Source: Pseudomonadota bacterium (GTDB lineage: Bacteria > Pseudomonadota > Alphaproteobacteria > Rhizobiales > Xanthobacteraceae). Taken from it: a stretch of DNA of 64,000 nt. This document shows positions 35,241 through 44,401 of this stretch, piece by piece. The DNA lies in the NCBI GenBank assembly GCA_023451825.1, contig JAEXYA010000017.1:12681-76680 (forward strand). The letters run 5' to 3'. The position numbers and the translations under genes were made by a program. Numbering within the stretch: position 1 is the stretch's first letter; every line of letters starts with the position of its first letter. Below the pieces are notes generated by a model. That model saw only the letters and a list, made by a program, of their open reading frames with translations, was not told the DNA's origin and ran no database searches.

Positions 35241-37496
35241 TCACACGAAATCGATGAATTTGTTGAAGGGCATCTCGCGGATACGCTGTCCCGTGGCCGC
35301 GAATATGGCATTGGCCAAGGCCGGCGCCGCGGGCGGCACCGGCGGTTCGCCGACGCCTCTCACCTTTGGATCATTCTCCAAGCCTCGCACCTCGATGACC
35401 GGGCACTGATACAGCCGCATCGCTTCGTGGTGATTGAAATTGGTTTGCTGAACCGCTCCCTTGGAGTAGGTCAACTCGCAATTCATCGCGTGGCCCAGTC
35501 CCCACACTACGCCGCCCTGGACCTGGTTCTCGAAATTGACCGGATCCATGACCTTTCCGACATCGACGGCAACCCAGACCTTATCAATCCGTATGCCGCC
35601 GCTTGTCATCGTCACCTCGACAACTTCTGCAGTCGGTGTGCCGAACGATTCGACGAAAGCAACGCCACGTCCTCGACCGTTGCCGAGCGGCCCTTTCCAG
35701 TTGGACATTTCACCAACGGCTTCAAGCACCTTCCGATAGGTTGGAACGGTGCACATCTCGATGCGCGCCTTTAGCGGATCAAGACCTGCTGCATGGATCA
35801 ACTCGTCGAGAAAACTTTCAGTGAAGAAGCCGGCGGTCGATGCGCCAACCGACCGCCAAGTCGTGCTGGGCGAGAGGCCTCGGGCCTCGTAGCTCGTCGA
35901 TCGAAAATGCGGGATGTCATAGTAGACGTTCCACAGGCAGGCGCCGAGCTGACCATCGGGCTCCTTCGTCGGCGCCCCCATGCGCTCCAGCAAGCCCTTG
36001 AAGGGCGCGGTCGATGCAGAGGAGAGCTCTGCAGCGACGATCTTCCCCTTTTCGACAACGCCTTTGTGCCGGGCCAAGGAAATCTGCCGTGGAATGTCCT
36101 GAAGAAAGTCTTCCTCCCGCGAAAAGGTCAGCTTAATCGGCGTCCCACGCATCTGATTGGCAATCTCTGCGAGGATCCCGATATTCTCAAATTCAAGACG
36201 ATGTCCAAAACTTCCGCCGGTCCATTGATTGTGGAATTTCACCTGCTCTGGCTTAAGGCCGATGGCCGCGGCCGCGATCGACTGCACGGCCTGAGGACTC
36301 TGGTGCCCGACCCAGATCTCCATGCCATCGCCAGACACGACGGCGACGCCGTTGAGAGGCTCCAATGGCTGATGCGCGACATAGGGCGCGCGATACTCGG
36401 CCTCAACAACCTTGCCTTGCTTCAGAGCCGTATCCACGTCTCCGACGTTGCGCCACTCTTTTCCTATGAACTCAGGCTTGAAAGAAGCTTCTAGGATTTT
36501 CCAATGCCCCGCCTGCTCGGCAGGATACTTTGACGGTGTCCATTTACATTCGATCGCTGCGACAGCGCGCATCGCGTACCAGCTATTCGTCGCCACGACG
36601 GCAACGCCGTTTTTGACTTTCAGTATCTTGCGGACGCCCGGCATCGCGCGCGCCTTGCGCGCGTCATAAGATAGCAGCGGCTGCCCCTTGTTCGGATTCA
36701 GTTTGACCGAGGCGTACATCATTCCATCGAGCTGTAGATCGATGCCGAACTTCAACTCACCCAGCGCTTTTGCCCGGACATCGAGTCGGGTCATCGGCTT
36801 TCCCAGTAACCGCCATGTCGACGGATCGCGGAGCTGGACATTCAGGACTGGTGGAATGCTGGCGGCCTCCGCCGACAGATCGACATAAGGAATTCTGGTC
36901 CCGTCCGGCAAAATCACATGACCGGACTGGGTGCGGATATCCGCGACAGCGACGCCGGAGCGTTTGGCCGCTGCAGCCTTCAACGTCTCGCGTGCCACGG
37001 CACCAGCGACGCGAAGCTTTTCATAAGTGTCAGGTACCGTGCTGGATCCGCCGGTCATTTGCAGGCCGGATTTCCTGAGGCTTTCATACACGGCTGCACG
37101 TGCCTGTTCGGCCGCGGGACTATGATCGGCCGCCACGAACGGCGCCAATTCGTCTGCGAAGCCAGTGTTGAAGTAGGCAGGACTCGGACCCGCAAATCGC
37201 ACGTCGAACTGACCGAGATCGAGGTCCATCTCCTCGGCGATCATGATCGGCTGAACTGATCCGACGCCCTGTCCGATATCGGCATGCTGGGCTATGAGTG
37301 TAATCCGCTCTGGACTGATCTCCACCCACGGATTGAACGATGCAGATCTTGGTCCGAGCCCAATGGCCAGGGGATTTGTGTCACCGGGCCGAAAGGCGTC
37401 CGCAGCGTTGCCGTAGGTGCCGAACGCAATGCCGCTCGCGGTTGCGGCAGCTCCTGCGATGAATGCGCGGCGCGATAGGCCATGAAGTGCCATCAT
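35241..37496 (-). CDS. Molybdopterin-binding subunit of an IorB/aldehyde-oxidoreductase-type enzyme, with a Tat signal
   Basis: About 750 aa. MMALHGLSRRAFIAGAAATASGIAFG is a twin-arginine signal. Xanthine dehydrogenase family b-hammerhead/Mo domains judged by overall similarity. Its start lies next to the stop of the 2Fe-2S subunit. Confidence 0.9.
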   Translation of the reverse strand: MMALHGLSRRAFIAGAAATASGIAFGTYGNAADAFRPGDTNPLAIGLGPRSASFNPWVEISPERITLIAQHADIGQGVGSVQPIMIAEEMDLDLGQFDVRFAGPSPAYFNTGFADELAPFVAADHSPAAEQARAAVYESLRKSGLQMTGGSSTVPDTYEKLRVAGAVARETLKAAAAKRSGVAVADIRTQSGHVILPDGTRIPYVDLSAEAASIPPVLNVQLRDPSTWRLLGKPMTRLDVRAKALGELKFGIDLQLDGMMYASVKLNPNKGQPLLSYDARKARAMPGVRKILKVKNGVAVVATNSWYAMRAVAAIECKWTPSKYPAEQAGHWKILEASFKPEFIGKEWRNVGDVDTALKQGKVVEAEYRAPYVAHQPLEPLNGVAVVSGDGMEIWVGHQSPQAVQSIAAAAIGLKPEQVKFHNQWTGGSFGHRLEFENIGILAEIANQMRGTPIKLTFSREEDFLQDIPRQISLARHKGVVEKGKIVAAELSSASTAPFKGLLERMGAPTKEPDGQLGACLWNVYYDIPHFRSTSYEARGLSPSTTWRSVGASTAGFFTESFLDELIHAAGLDPLKARIEMCTVPTYRKVLEAVGEMSNWKGPLGNGRGRGVAFVESFGTPTAEVVEVTMTSGGIRIDKVWVAVDVGKVMDPVNFENQVQGGVVWGLGHAMNCELTYSKGAVQQTNFNHHEAMRLYQCPVIEVRGLENDPKVRGVGEPPVPPAAPALANAIFAATGQRIREMPFNKFIDFV

Positions 37497-37497
37497 G

Positions 37498-37959
37498 TCA
37501 CTTCTCCGCCATCTTGCTGGCCGCGGCATGGATCGCCGCACGGATACGCGGATACGTCCCGCAACGACATAAATTACCGGACATGACCTCGTCGATCTGC
37601 GTGTCGGTCGGCTTGGGTATCAGCGCGAGCAGCGAGATCGCTTGCATGATCTGGCCGGTCTGGCAGTAGCCGCATTGCGGCACCTGATGCTCGATCCATG
37701 CCTGCACGACCGGATGCGTTTCCTTGGCGATGACACCTTCCAGCGTCACAACCGACTTACCGGTGGAATCTCCGACCCGCGCCTGGCAGGACCGCACCGC
37801 ATGTCCATCGATATGAACAGTACACGCGCCGCATTGCGCCACACCGCAACCGAATTTTGGACTTGTCAGACCCAGTTCATCACGCAGCGCCCAAAGCAAC
37901 GGCATTGTCGGATCAACATCGACCTTTGACGTCGTCCCATTGACCGTGAGTTCGATCAT
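37498..37959 (-). CDS. [2Fe-2S]-binding small subunit (IorA/CoxS-like)
   Basis: MIELTVNGT... with [11 protein letters not shown] and [11 protein letters not shown] cluster motifs. ATG at complement 37957-37959 preceded by gggagg. Confidence 0.9.
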   Translation of the reverse strand: MIELTVNGTTSKVDVDPTMPLLWALRDELGLTSPKFGCGVAQCGACTVHIDGHAVRSCQARVGDSTGKSVVTLEGVIAKETHPVVQAWIEHQVPQCGYCQTGQIMQAISLLALIPKPTDTQIDEVMSGNLCRCGTYPRIRAAIHAAASKMAEK

Positions 37960-38178
37960 GCGTGTTCCTCCCTCTGGGGACCAGTCGCGCATCGTCCGCG
38001 CGCATCCGACGGACGGATGCGCTACTGATCTATGTGCCGTCGAATTTCCGAAGCTTGGGAGAAACAGTACAGCAACGCGCTGCGATAGAACGGTTAAAAG
38101 GTGTTAAGCGCCTTACGTGCGCAGCTACAGGCAACCGCGTTCATGCGTGACGATGACGCTTCAGGTTTCTCGTGACAA

Positions 38179-41055
38179 TCAGGAGGCTGTCGATTGACGA
38201 TCAAGCAATTCGGCCATGATGAGTTCAGACGCTTGCTTAGCGATGTGACGGGCACGCGAGGCACCGGGCAAGGTCAGCTGCTCTCCTGTCCACGCGCCAC
38301 AGCTCTCGATCAGCGAACGCGCTTGAGACGCACCACCCGTTCGTAGCTCAAGCTCGGCCAATTCCACGGTGGCTTGGAGTTGCCAGAACCGGAAGTCCTT
38401 CGAGCCGAAGAGGCAAATTGCTGTCTCGTATCGCTGCCGTGCCGCTTCGACAGAACCATCGCCACCCTTTGCTGTCGCCAGGCGTGCCATCATATGTTCG
38501 TATCGTCCGACAATTCTGACGTCTTCGTCATTCATGCGGTAGCCATAGGCCCGCTTCAATGCCGCCTCGGCCCCTGAGAGATCGCCGCACATCAATCGGA
38601 TCGTGGTGAGATCGAGAAGGATATGAGGGATGATCGTGATCCGCTGCTGAATCAGAGGGTCATGATCAATCGCCCGGGAGAACGCGTGCTCGGCCGCCAA
38701 CAGATCATCGATCGTTGCGCTGCCGACCTTGAACTCCTCACGCACCAGGAGGGACCGGAACACCGTGAGAAATCCTGTCCACGGCTGATACAACGCTGAC
38801 AGTTCCGCCAACTTCCGCAAATGTATCCGAGCACGCTCGATCTGTCCGGCCTCCAATTCGCACCAAATCAACCCCCGCGTAAGAATGTAAAAGCTCGCGA
38901 TGGTGTCTGCTCGCTCTTCGGCCTGCACCAGCAACCGGTCAAAATGTTCAAAGGCCGCTTCGAACTGTCCCATGTGATACTTGGCACGTGCCAACATGAC
39001 ATCACTGAGGGTGGTCATTCCATGACCGAAATACAACGCAAAGTCGCCGGGGAAGTCCGGCCACTTTGTGATGAATGCGTCGAGCTTTCGCCGCGACGCC
39101 GCGATACTCGAGTGTTCGAAATCATCATAGGCGGACAACAACGTCGGCAACCAGCGCACCACCGGATTGGACGATCTGGAAGCAACCGCAGTCAGTTCTG
39201 CAAGATGGACCGAGATCGGACGGCGCTTCCGAAGCAAGTCATGGATGAGCCCGAACAGTGCCCTGACTTGAAGAAACTCATCCTCGGTCGCCCGAGCTGC
39301 TTGCCACGCCTCGACATACAATGCTCCATCGTGCTGACGGCCCGAGGTGACAATCTCGAAGCCTGAACATGCGACGGCGACAAGGACGTTTGCTCTGACC
39401 CGCGCATCCGCGCCCGGATCAATTTCGGTCCGCTTGAACGCCATGTAGCGATATTTCTCGCCTTGAACGAGGGAGCCCAGTGCGAGCCACATCCGCTCCG
39501 CCGCGAGCGTCAGGCGCACGCCCAGTTCGGGACGCATAGCAAACGCCCAATCCAGAGCGGCGTGAACATCGTCGCTGATGGAGCGCAGCCTGGCGCGAAG
39601 CGACGACGGATCACTGGCGTTCCAATCGAGTGTTTCAAGGCATCGAAGGAAATAGTCGGCATGTCGCTCCTGAGACGACTGCCTTTCTTGTTCCGCTTCC
39701 GCTGTCAGGAGCACATAAGCGCGTGTCGTTTCCAGCAAGCGATATTCGATCGGCGCGACTTGCCGGCTCACATTCAACAGCGACTTGTTCACCAACTCGA
39801 CGATGATCCCGTGTACACGATCGGTGGTAACGCCAGTCCTGCTTCCGATCTCCACGGCGGCGTCCAGCAGAAATGGTCCAGCGAAGACGGCAAGCCGGGA
39901 CAAGACAACTTGCTCATCCCGCGACAACAGGCTGTAGCTCCAATCTATCGTCGCGGCCATCGACCGCTGACGTGGCACCGCGTTTCGACGCCCCACCGTC
40001 AGCAGCGAGAAGCGTCTGTCCAGCCCCCGAAAAACCTCATCGATACCGAGAACGCTGACCATGGACGCAGCCAGTTCGATCGCCAGTGGTATACCATCCA
40101 GCTTTCGACAGATTGCGATCACCGTAACAGCATTTCCGTCATCCAACTGAAAGGCCGGCGTCTGATACGAAACGATCCGCATGAAAAGCTGCACGGACAC
40201 GAAGCGTGCTGCGCTCTCGGCTGTCATCAGCACACCCGCCGGAGGCACCTCCAGGGGATCGAGACGCCACACCAGTTCTCCGGCAACCCTGAGCGACTCG
40301 CGCGATGTTGTCAGGACGTTCACGCTTCCCAATTCGCCGACGATGCGTTCAACGAGACTGGCGACAAGGTCGGCAATGTGCTCGCAGTTATCAAGCACGA
40401 GAAGAACGTGCTTGCTCTGTAGCGCAAGCAAAACTTGCTCGGCCGCAGCGCCCATCTCGACCGGAAGGTCCAGGGTGCCTATCACCGCGGCATGCAGTTG
40501 CACTTCAGTCGTCGCCCGCGCCAGATCGACGAAGCTATAACCATCGGTAAATTTCGCGCTGGCTTTTTCGGCGACCGCCGCCGCAACGGTTGTCTTTCCG
40601 ATGCCTCCCGCCCCGAGAATGGTGACGAGCCTGTTCGAGGCGACGCTCCGAAGTATACCGTCGATCTCTGCATCTCGGCCAAGCGGCGCGACCGATAATT
40701 TCGCGGCACTGTATGAATTCCGCTTGGCGCTGGCGGCATGCGTGGATACTTCCCGAAGGCGTCCCGTGAAACGATACCCGAGCGATGCCTCCGTTCGGAT
40801 CAAAACCCCCTCGTGGCCCAGCGCCTTTCTCAAGCCGGCGATCTGAACACGTAAATTTCGCTCGTCCACTTCAACGCCGGGCCATGCCCGCTGGCAGAGC
40901 TGCGCTTTGGTGACTAGTTCTCCGCGTTTCTCGATCAATGCCCCCAGCAGAGCGCGGGCACGCGAACCAAGTTGAACGCGGTCCTCTCCATGCCGCAACA
41001 GCCCATTCAGCTCATCAAATCGAAATGATCCGAACGCGGCTTGTGAACGCGACAT
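38179..41055 (-). CDS. STAND-class regulator 1: OmpR/PhoB-type winged helix + NB-ARC-like P-loop NTPase + helical TPR-like sensor (958 aa)
   Basis: N-terminus FGSFRFD...NLRVQIAGLRKALG...GYRF. Walker A GAGGIGKTT (complement of 40588-40614). Walker B LLVLDNCEH. RQRSMAATIDWSYSLL motif. About 550 aa helical C-terminal region. Confidence 0.85.
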   Translation of the reverse strand: MSRSQAAFGSFRFDELNGLLRHGEDRVQLGSRARALLGALIEKRGELVTKAQLCQRAWPGVEVDERNLRVQIAGLRKALGHEGVLIRTEASLGYRFTGRLREVSTHAASAKRNSYSAAKLSVAPLGRDAEIDGILRSVASNRLVTILGAGGIGKTTVAAAVAEKASAKFTDGYSFVDLARATTEVQLHAAVIGTLDLPVEMGAAAEQVLLALQSKHVLLVLDNCEHIADLVASLVERIVGELGSVNVLTTSRESLRVAGELVWRLDPLEVPPAGVLMTAESAARFVSVQLFMRIVSYQTPAFQLDDGNAVTVIAICRKLDGIPLAIELAASMVSVLGIDEVFRGLDRRFSLLTVGRRNAVPRQRSMAATIDWSYSLLSRDEQVVLSRLAVFAGPFLLDAAVEIGSRTGVTTDRVHGIIVELVNKSLLNVSRQVAPIEYRLLETTRAYVLLTAEAEQERQSSQERHADYFLRCLETLDWNASDPSSLRARLRSISDDVHAALDWAFAMRPELGVRLTLAAERMWLALGSLVQGEKYRYMAFKRTEIDPGADARVRANVLVAVACSGFEIVTSGRQHDGALYVEAWQAARATEDEFLQVRALFGLIHDLLRKRRPISVHLAELTAVASRSSNPVVRWLPTLLSAYDDFEHSSIAASRRKLDAFITKWPDFPGDFALYFGHGMTTLSDVMLARAKYHMGQFEAAFEHFDRLLVQAEERADTIASFYILTRGLIWCELEAGQIERARIHLRKLAELSALYQPWTGFLTVFRSLLVREEFKVGSATIDDLLAAEHAFSRAIDHDPLIQQRITIIPHILLDLTTIRLMCGDLSGAEAALKRAYGYRMNDEDVRIVGRYEHMMARLATAKGGDGSVEAARQRYETAICLFGSKDFRFWQLQATVELAELELRTGGASQARSLIESCGAWTGEQLTLPGASRARHIAKQASELIMAELLDRQSTAS

Positions 41056-41525
41056 CTCTCGTTCCTCGTAAAATTCAACGATTGGCCGCCGCGATCAATA
41101 CGAAGCAGCAACCAACATGCTCTTTCGAATTTCAACATGCCAACACGCGGTACTGCCCCCAGCGGTTCGCAAGCTTCGAATTTTCGCTTCCGATTATTCT
41201 CCTCAAATACAACCGAACTGTCGATCAGGACGGCAACTCGTCGATCCGAAGGTCGCGCGCTCTGATGGAAGATAACGCGTAGCTGCACTCCGCAATTTGC
41301 CTTGAATATGCCTCGCGGTGTGGAAAATCCTGGCTGCTTTACATTTTTTTACATCCTGCCATCGGGGACATCGTTCTCAGCCGACAAAGACCTCCCATAG
41401 GGATACCTTCATGGGAGGCCCCGCTTGTGGCGGTGCGGAAGGTAAAATAAAGTAAAACGTGCTGTTGGTCTCCTGATCCAGACGATGCAAAGCCGCAATC
41501 GCCTTAAAATCAACTGGTCCGTCCG

Positions 41526-44336
41526 ATGGTAAACCGTCAAGTTTGCTTCGGACCTTTTCGGTTCGATCCCAATTCAAGAGTGCTGTGGGACGGCAACGAG
41601 CGCACGCGTATCGGCGCGCGGGCCATTGCGATCCTCGATCTTCTCATGAAGGATCCCGGCAGCCCCGTTGCCCAGATGGACCTGATCCAGGCGGCCTGGC
41701 CCGGCCTCCACGTTGATCGCAGCAATCTGCGGGTTCAGATCTATGCCCTCCGGAAAGTGTTGAGAGACCAGGGTAAGTTCATTCAACCTGGACCATCGCA
41801 CACCTATTGTTTTGTCGGGGACGCGACGTTTCTCGCGCCATCGGACGCCTCATCCGCCTACCACGGCAGTCCATCCATTCCAGCCCCTTCTGTGTCTCCG
41901 GTCGGACGCGATCGTGTTATTTCAAGCATCCGGGCGTTATGCGAGATCGACCGTTTGGTCACCATTCTCGGATCCGGAGGCATCGGGAAGACGACGGTCG
42001 CGCTGCAGTTCGCGCATGAGCAACAGCATCAGTACCGGGCCGGCGCATGTTTCGTCGATTTGGGACGACTATCCGACCCCAATGCAGTGAACGCGATGGT
42101 GGCCAGCGCCGCCGGGTTCTCCGTCACCGAATGGCCGAGTACCGAATATGTCGCTCAGGCGCTGAGCAACAAGCACATGCTCTTGGTTCTCGACTGCTGC
42201 GAACACGTTCTCGAATCGGTTTCGGCGCTCGTCGAAACTCTCCTGAGAACTGCGCCGTCCATCAGGATCCTGCTCACGACACGACAGCCAACCGGTATTG
42301 CAGGTGAACAGCTATTCGTGCTGGAGCCTCTGCCAATTCCTCCGCCAATGACGGAGAGCTCGGCCGGGCCGGGCCTCGCGACATATGCCTCGGTACAGTT
42401 GCTGATCGATGGCGTGAAACGACGCGGTGCGCAACTCGAGATCACCGATGATACCTCGACTTACATCTCAGAGATCTGCAGGCGCGCTGAGGGCGTCCCG
42501 CTGACGATCGAGCTGACGGCATCGATGGTCGCAGTCCTCGGCTTGCATCAAGTTGCCGAAGGTCTTGCCGATGGGACGCAACTGCTGAGTATCGACCGAC
42601 GGAGCACCGTTCCCCGACAACGATCTCTCTCCGCGACGATCGAATGGAGCTACAATCTCCTCACCGACGAAGAACGCTATGCCATCCAGTGTCTGTCTTG
42701 TTTTGCTGGCTGGTTCTCGATCGTATCGGGCGTCGCCGTGGTGGAAGGCCCCAAATTGGACGCCGAGGCCGCACGTCATGCAATCCTCGGCCTCGCGCAC
42801 AAATCTCTGCTCGCCTCGGACACAATCCACGCCCCGTCGAAACTGAGATTGCTCGATACCACGCGGGCATTTGTCCTGAAGACGCCCGACCCGGTGGGCG
42901 ACAGATCCCGCGCCAGCGAACGCCACGCTCGGTACCTGATCACGCAGCTTGATCTCATTGAATGGGATACATTCGACCCGCACCAATACGCAGGCCTTAT
43001 TGACGAGATACGCATCGCGCTCGACTGGGCTTTCGCGAACTCCCCACATTTAGGCGTAGCGCTTGTTTTGTCGGCCGAGCGGCTCTGGCTCGAACTGACG
43101 TCGTTATTTCACGGCGCTCAGGATATCTTCAGAGCACTCCAACATGTCGACCTTGACCCACGCATCGACAAGGCGTCCCGTGCGCGGCTGCTGGTCTCGC
43201 TTGCCTCGGCACAGGCTTACCTTCCAGGCCTCGATGACGCCTCTCTATATGAGCGCGCCTGGCGTGCCGCACGCGACGCAAACGATCATTTCTTGCAATT
43301 GCGCGCCCTTTACGGGATCATTCAAAACCTGCTCCTCACGCGGCGACCAGCGGACTTCCATCTCGACGCATTCGCTACGGCATCCGAACGCTCCAGCCAT
43401 CCGTCGACACGTCATCTTCATCAACGCATGTCGGCCTTCAATGCCTTTGAGGGCTCCGAGCTCCGGCTGGCGCGCACGATGTTCGAGGCGTTTCTGAGCG
43501 ACGCGCAATCAATTCCCAAAGAACTTTCGCTCTACTTTGGCGGCATTGGGCCCAAGGCCTCTGCGAAAGTTGGATTGGCGCTCACGCAGTATTATCTTGG
43601 CTATTGTGACGACGCCCAACATGTTTTGGATTCTGCCGTCGAAGAGGCGAAGCTCCTCCGGCACGCGACCACCTCATATTTCGTGTTTGCTCAGGGCGCC
43701 ATCTGGGTGAAAATCCATTCGGGCGATTTTGCGTGCGCTCATGCCTATCTGGACGAACTCGAACATCTTGCAGAGAGCCACCTTCCGTGGCGAACTCTTG
43801 TCGATGGTTTTCGAGGGCTTATCGCTCGTTACGAACACAACGACCCGGAGACCGCATGCCGCCTGTTGGGAACCTGCCTCGATCAACCTTACATCATCAA
43901 GACCGGCTCTCTCCACCCGATCCTGTGGGTTGAGCTGGCAGATGCGCGGCGATTGCGCGGTGATCTCGCTGGCGCCGAAGATGCGTTGAACCGCTCGAAA
44001 GCTCAGCTTCGTGGCGACATCGATGTTCGACTGCTCGGGAAACATCATCCCGTTCTCGCTCAAGTGCTGCTTGCACGCGGCCGCGCCGAAGACATCGAGC
44101 GCGCGAGAATGCTGCTCAGGGAAGCGCGAGAACTCAGCATTCTGAAAGAATTCTATCTTTACGAATGCGAGGCCACCATCATCCTTGCCCAACTGGAAAC
44201 TCATCAAGGGAACGCCGGCGAAGCTCGCCACCTGCTGCAGCAGCTGGCGTCGCGCTTCGAAGACAGGCAGAGCGTGCCGGGCTTCGACCACGCTCAGACA
44301 CTCTTGAAGGCGATTGACGCCGGCGCTCCCTCATAG
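41526..44336 (+). CDS. STAND-class regulator 2 (936 aa), paralog of 38179..41055
   Basis: FGPFRFD...NLRVQIYALRKVL. Walker A GSGGIGKTT. Walker B LLVLDCCEH. RQRSLSATIEWSYNLL. The wing motif is TYCF instead of GYRF. Confidence 0.85.
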   Translation: MVNRQVCFGPFRFDPNSRVLWDGNERTRIGARAIAILDLLMKDPGSPVAQMDLIQAAWPGLHVDRSNLRVQIYALRKVLRDQGKFIQPGPSHTYCFVGDATFLAPSDASSAYHGSPSIPAPSVSPVGRDRVISSIRALCEIDRLVTILGSGGIGKTTVALQFAHEQQHQYRAGACFVDLGRLSDPNAVNAMVASAAGFSVTEWPSTEYVAQALSNKHMLLVLDCCEHVLESVSALVETLLRTAPSIRILLTTRQPTGIAGEQLFVLEPLPIPPPMTESSAGPGLATYASVQLLIDGVKRRGAQLEITDDTSTYISEICRRAEGVPLTIELTASMVAVLGLHQVAEGLADGTQLLSIDRRSTVPRQRSLSATIEWSYNLLTDEERYAIQCLSCFAGWFSIVSGVAVVEGPKLDAEAARHAILGLAHKSLLASDTIHAPSKLRLLDTTRAFVLKTPDPVGDRSRASERHARYLITQLDLIEWDTFDPHQYAGLIDEIRIALDWAFANSPHLGVALVLSAERLWLELTSLFHGAQDIFRALQHVDLDPRIDKASRARLLVSLASAQAYLPGLDDASLYERAWRAARDANDHFLQLRALYGIIQNLLLTRRPADFHLDAFATASERSSHPSTRHLHQRMSAFNAFEGSELRLARTMFEAFLSDAQSIPKELSLYFGGIGPKASAKVGLALTQYYLGYCDDAQHVLDSAVEEAKLLRHATTSYFVFAQGAIWVKIHSGDFACAHAYLDELEHLAESHLPWRTLVDGFRGLIARYEHNDPETACRLLGTCLDQPYIIKTGSLHPILWVELADARRLRGDLAGAEDALNRSKAQLRGDIDVRLLGKHHPVLAQVLLARGRAEDIERARMLLREARELSILKEFYLYECEATIILAQLETHQGNAGEARHLLQQLASRFEDRQSVPGFDHAQTLLKAIDAGAPS

Positions 44337-44401
44337 CTTTTCATACCGGCATCAGACGGACTGCTCTGTAGCGGACGCAATCTGACCCATACGACATATG
44401 C

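Noticed and set aside
41124-41185. TTCGAATTT repeated twice, 51 bp apart, in the intergenic region between STAND regulators 1 and 2.
   Set aside because: A single 9-mer recurrence in an AT-rich 470-bp region is close to chance expectation by a rough estimate. It is mentioned only as context, and the 10-bp-phased TTTACAT repeat is the better candidate.
41377-41577. 66-aa minus-strand ORF overlapping the start of STAND regulator 2.
   Set aside because: It has no ribosome-binding site or motifs, overlaps a strong gene start, and lies in the AT-rich control region.
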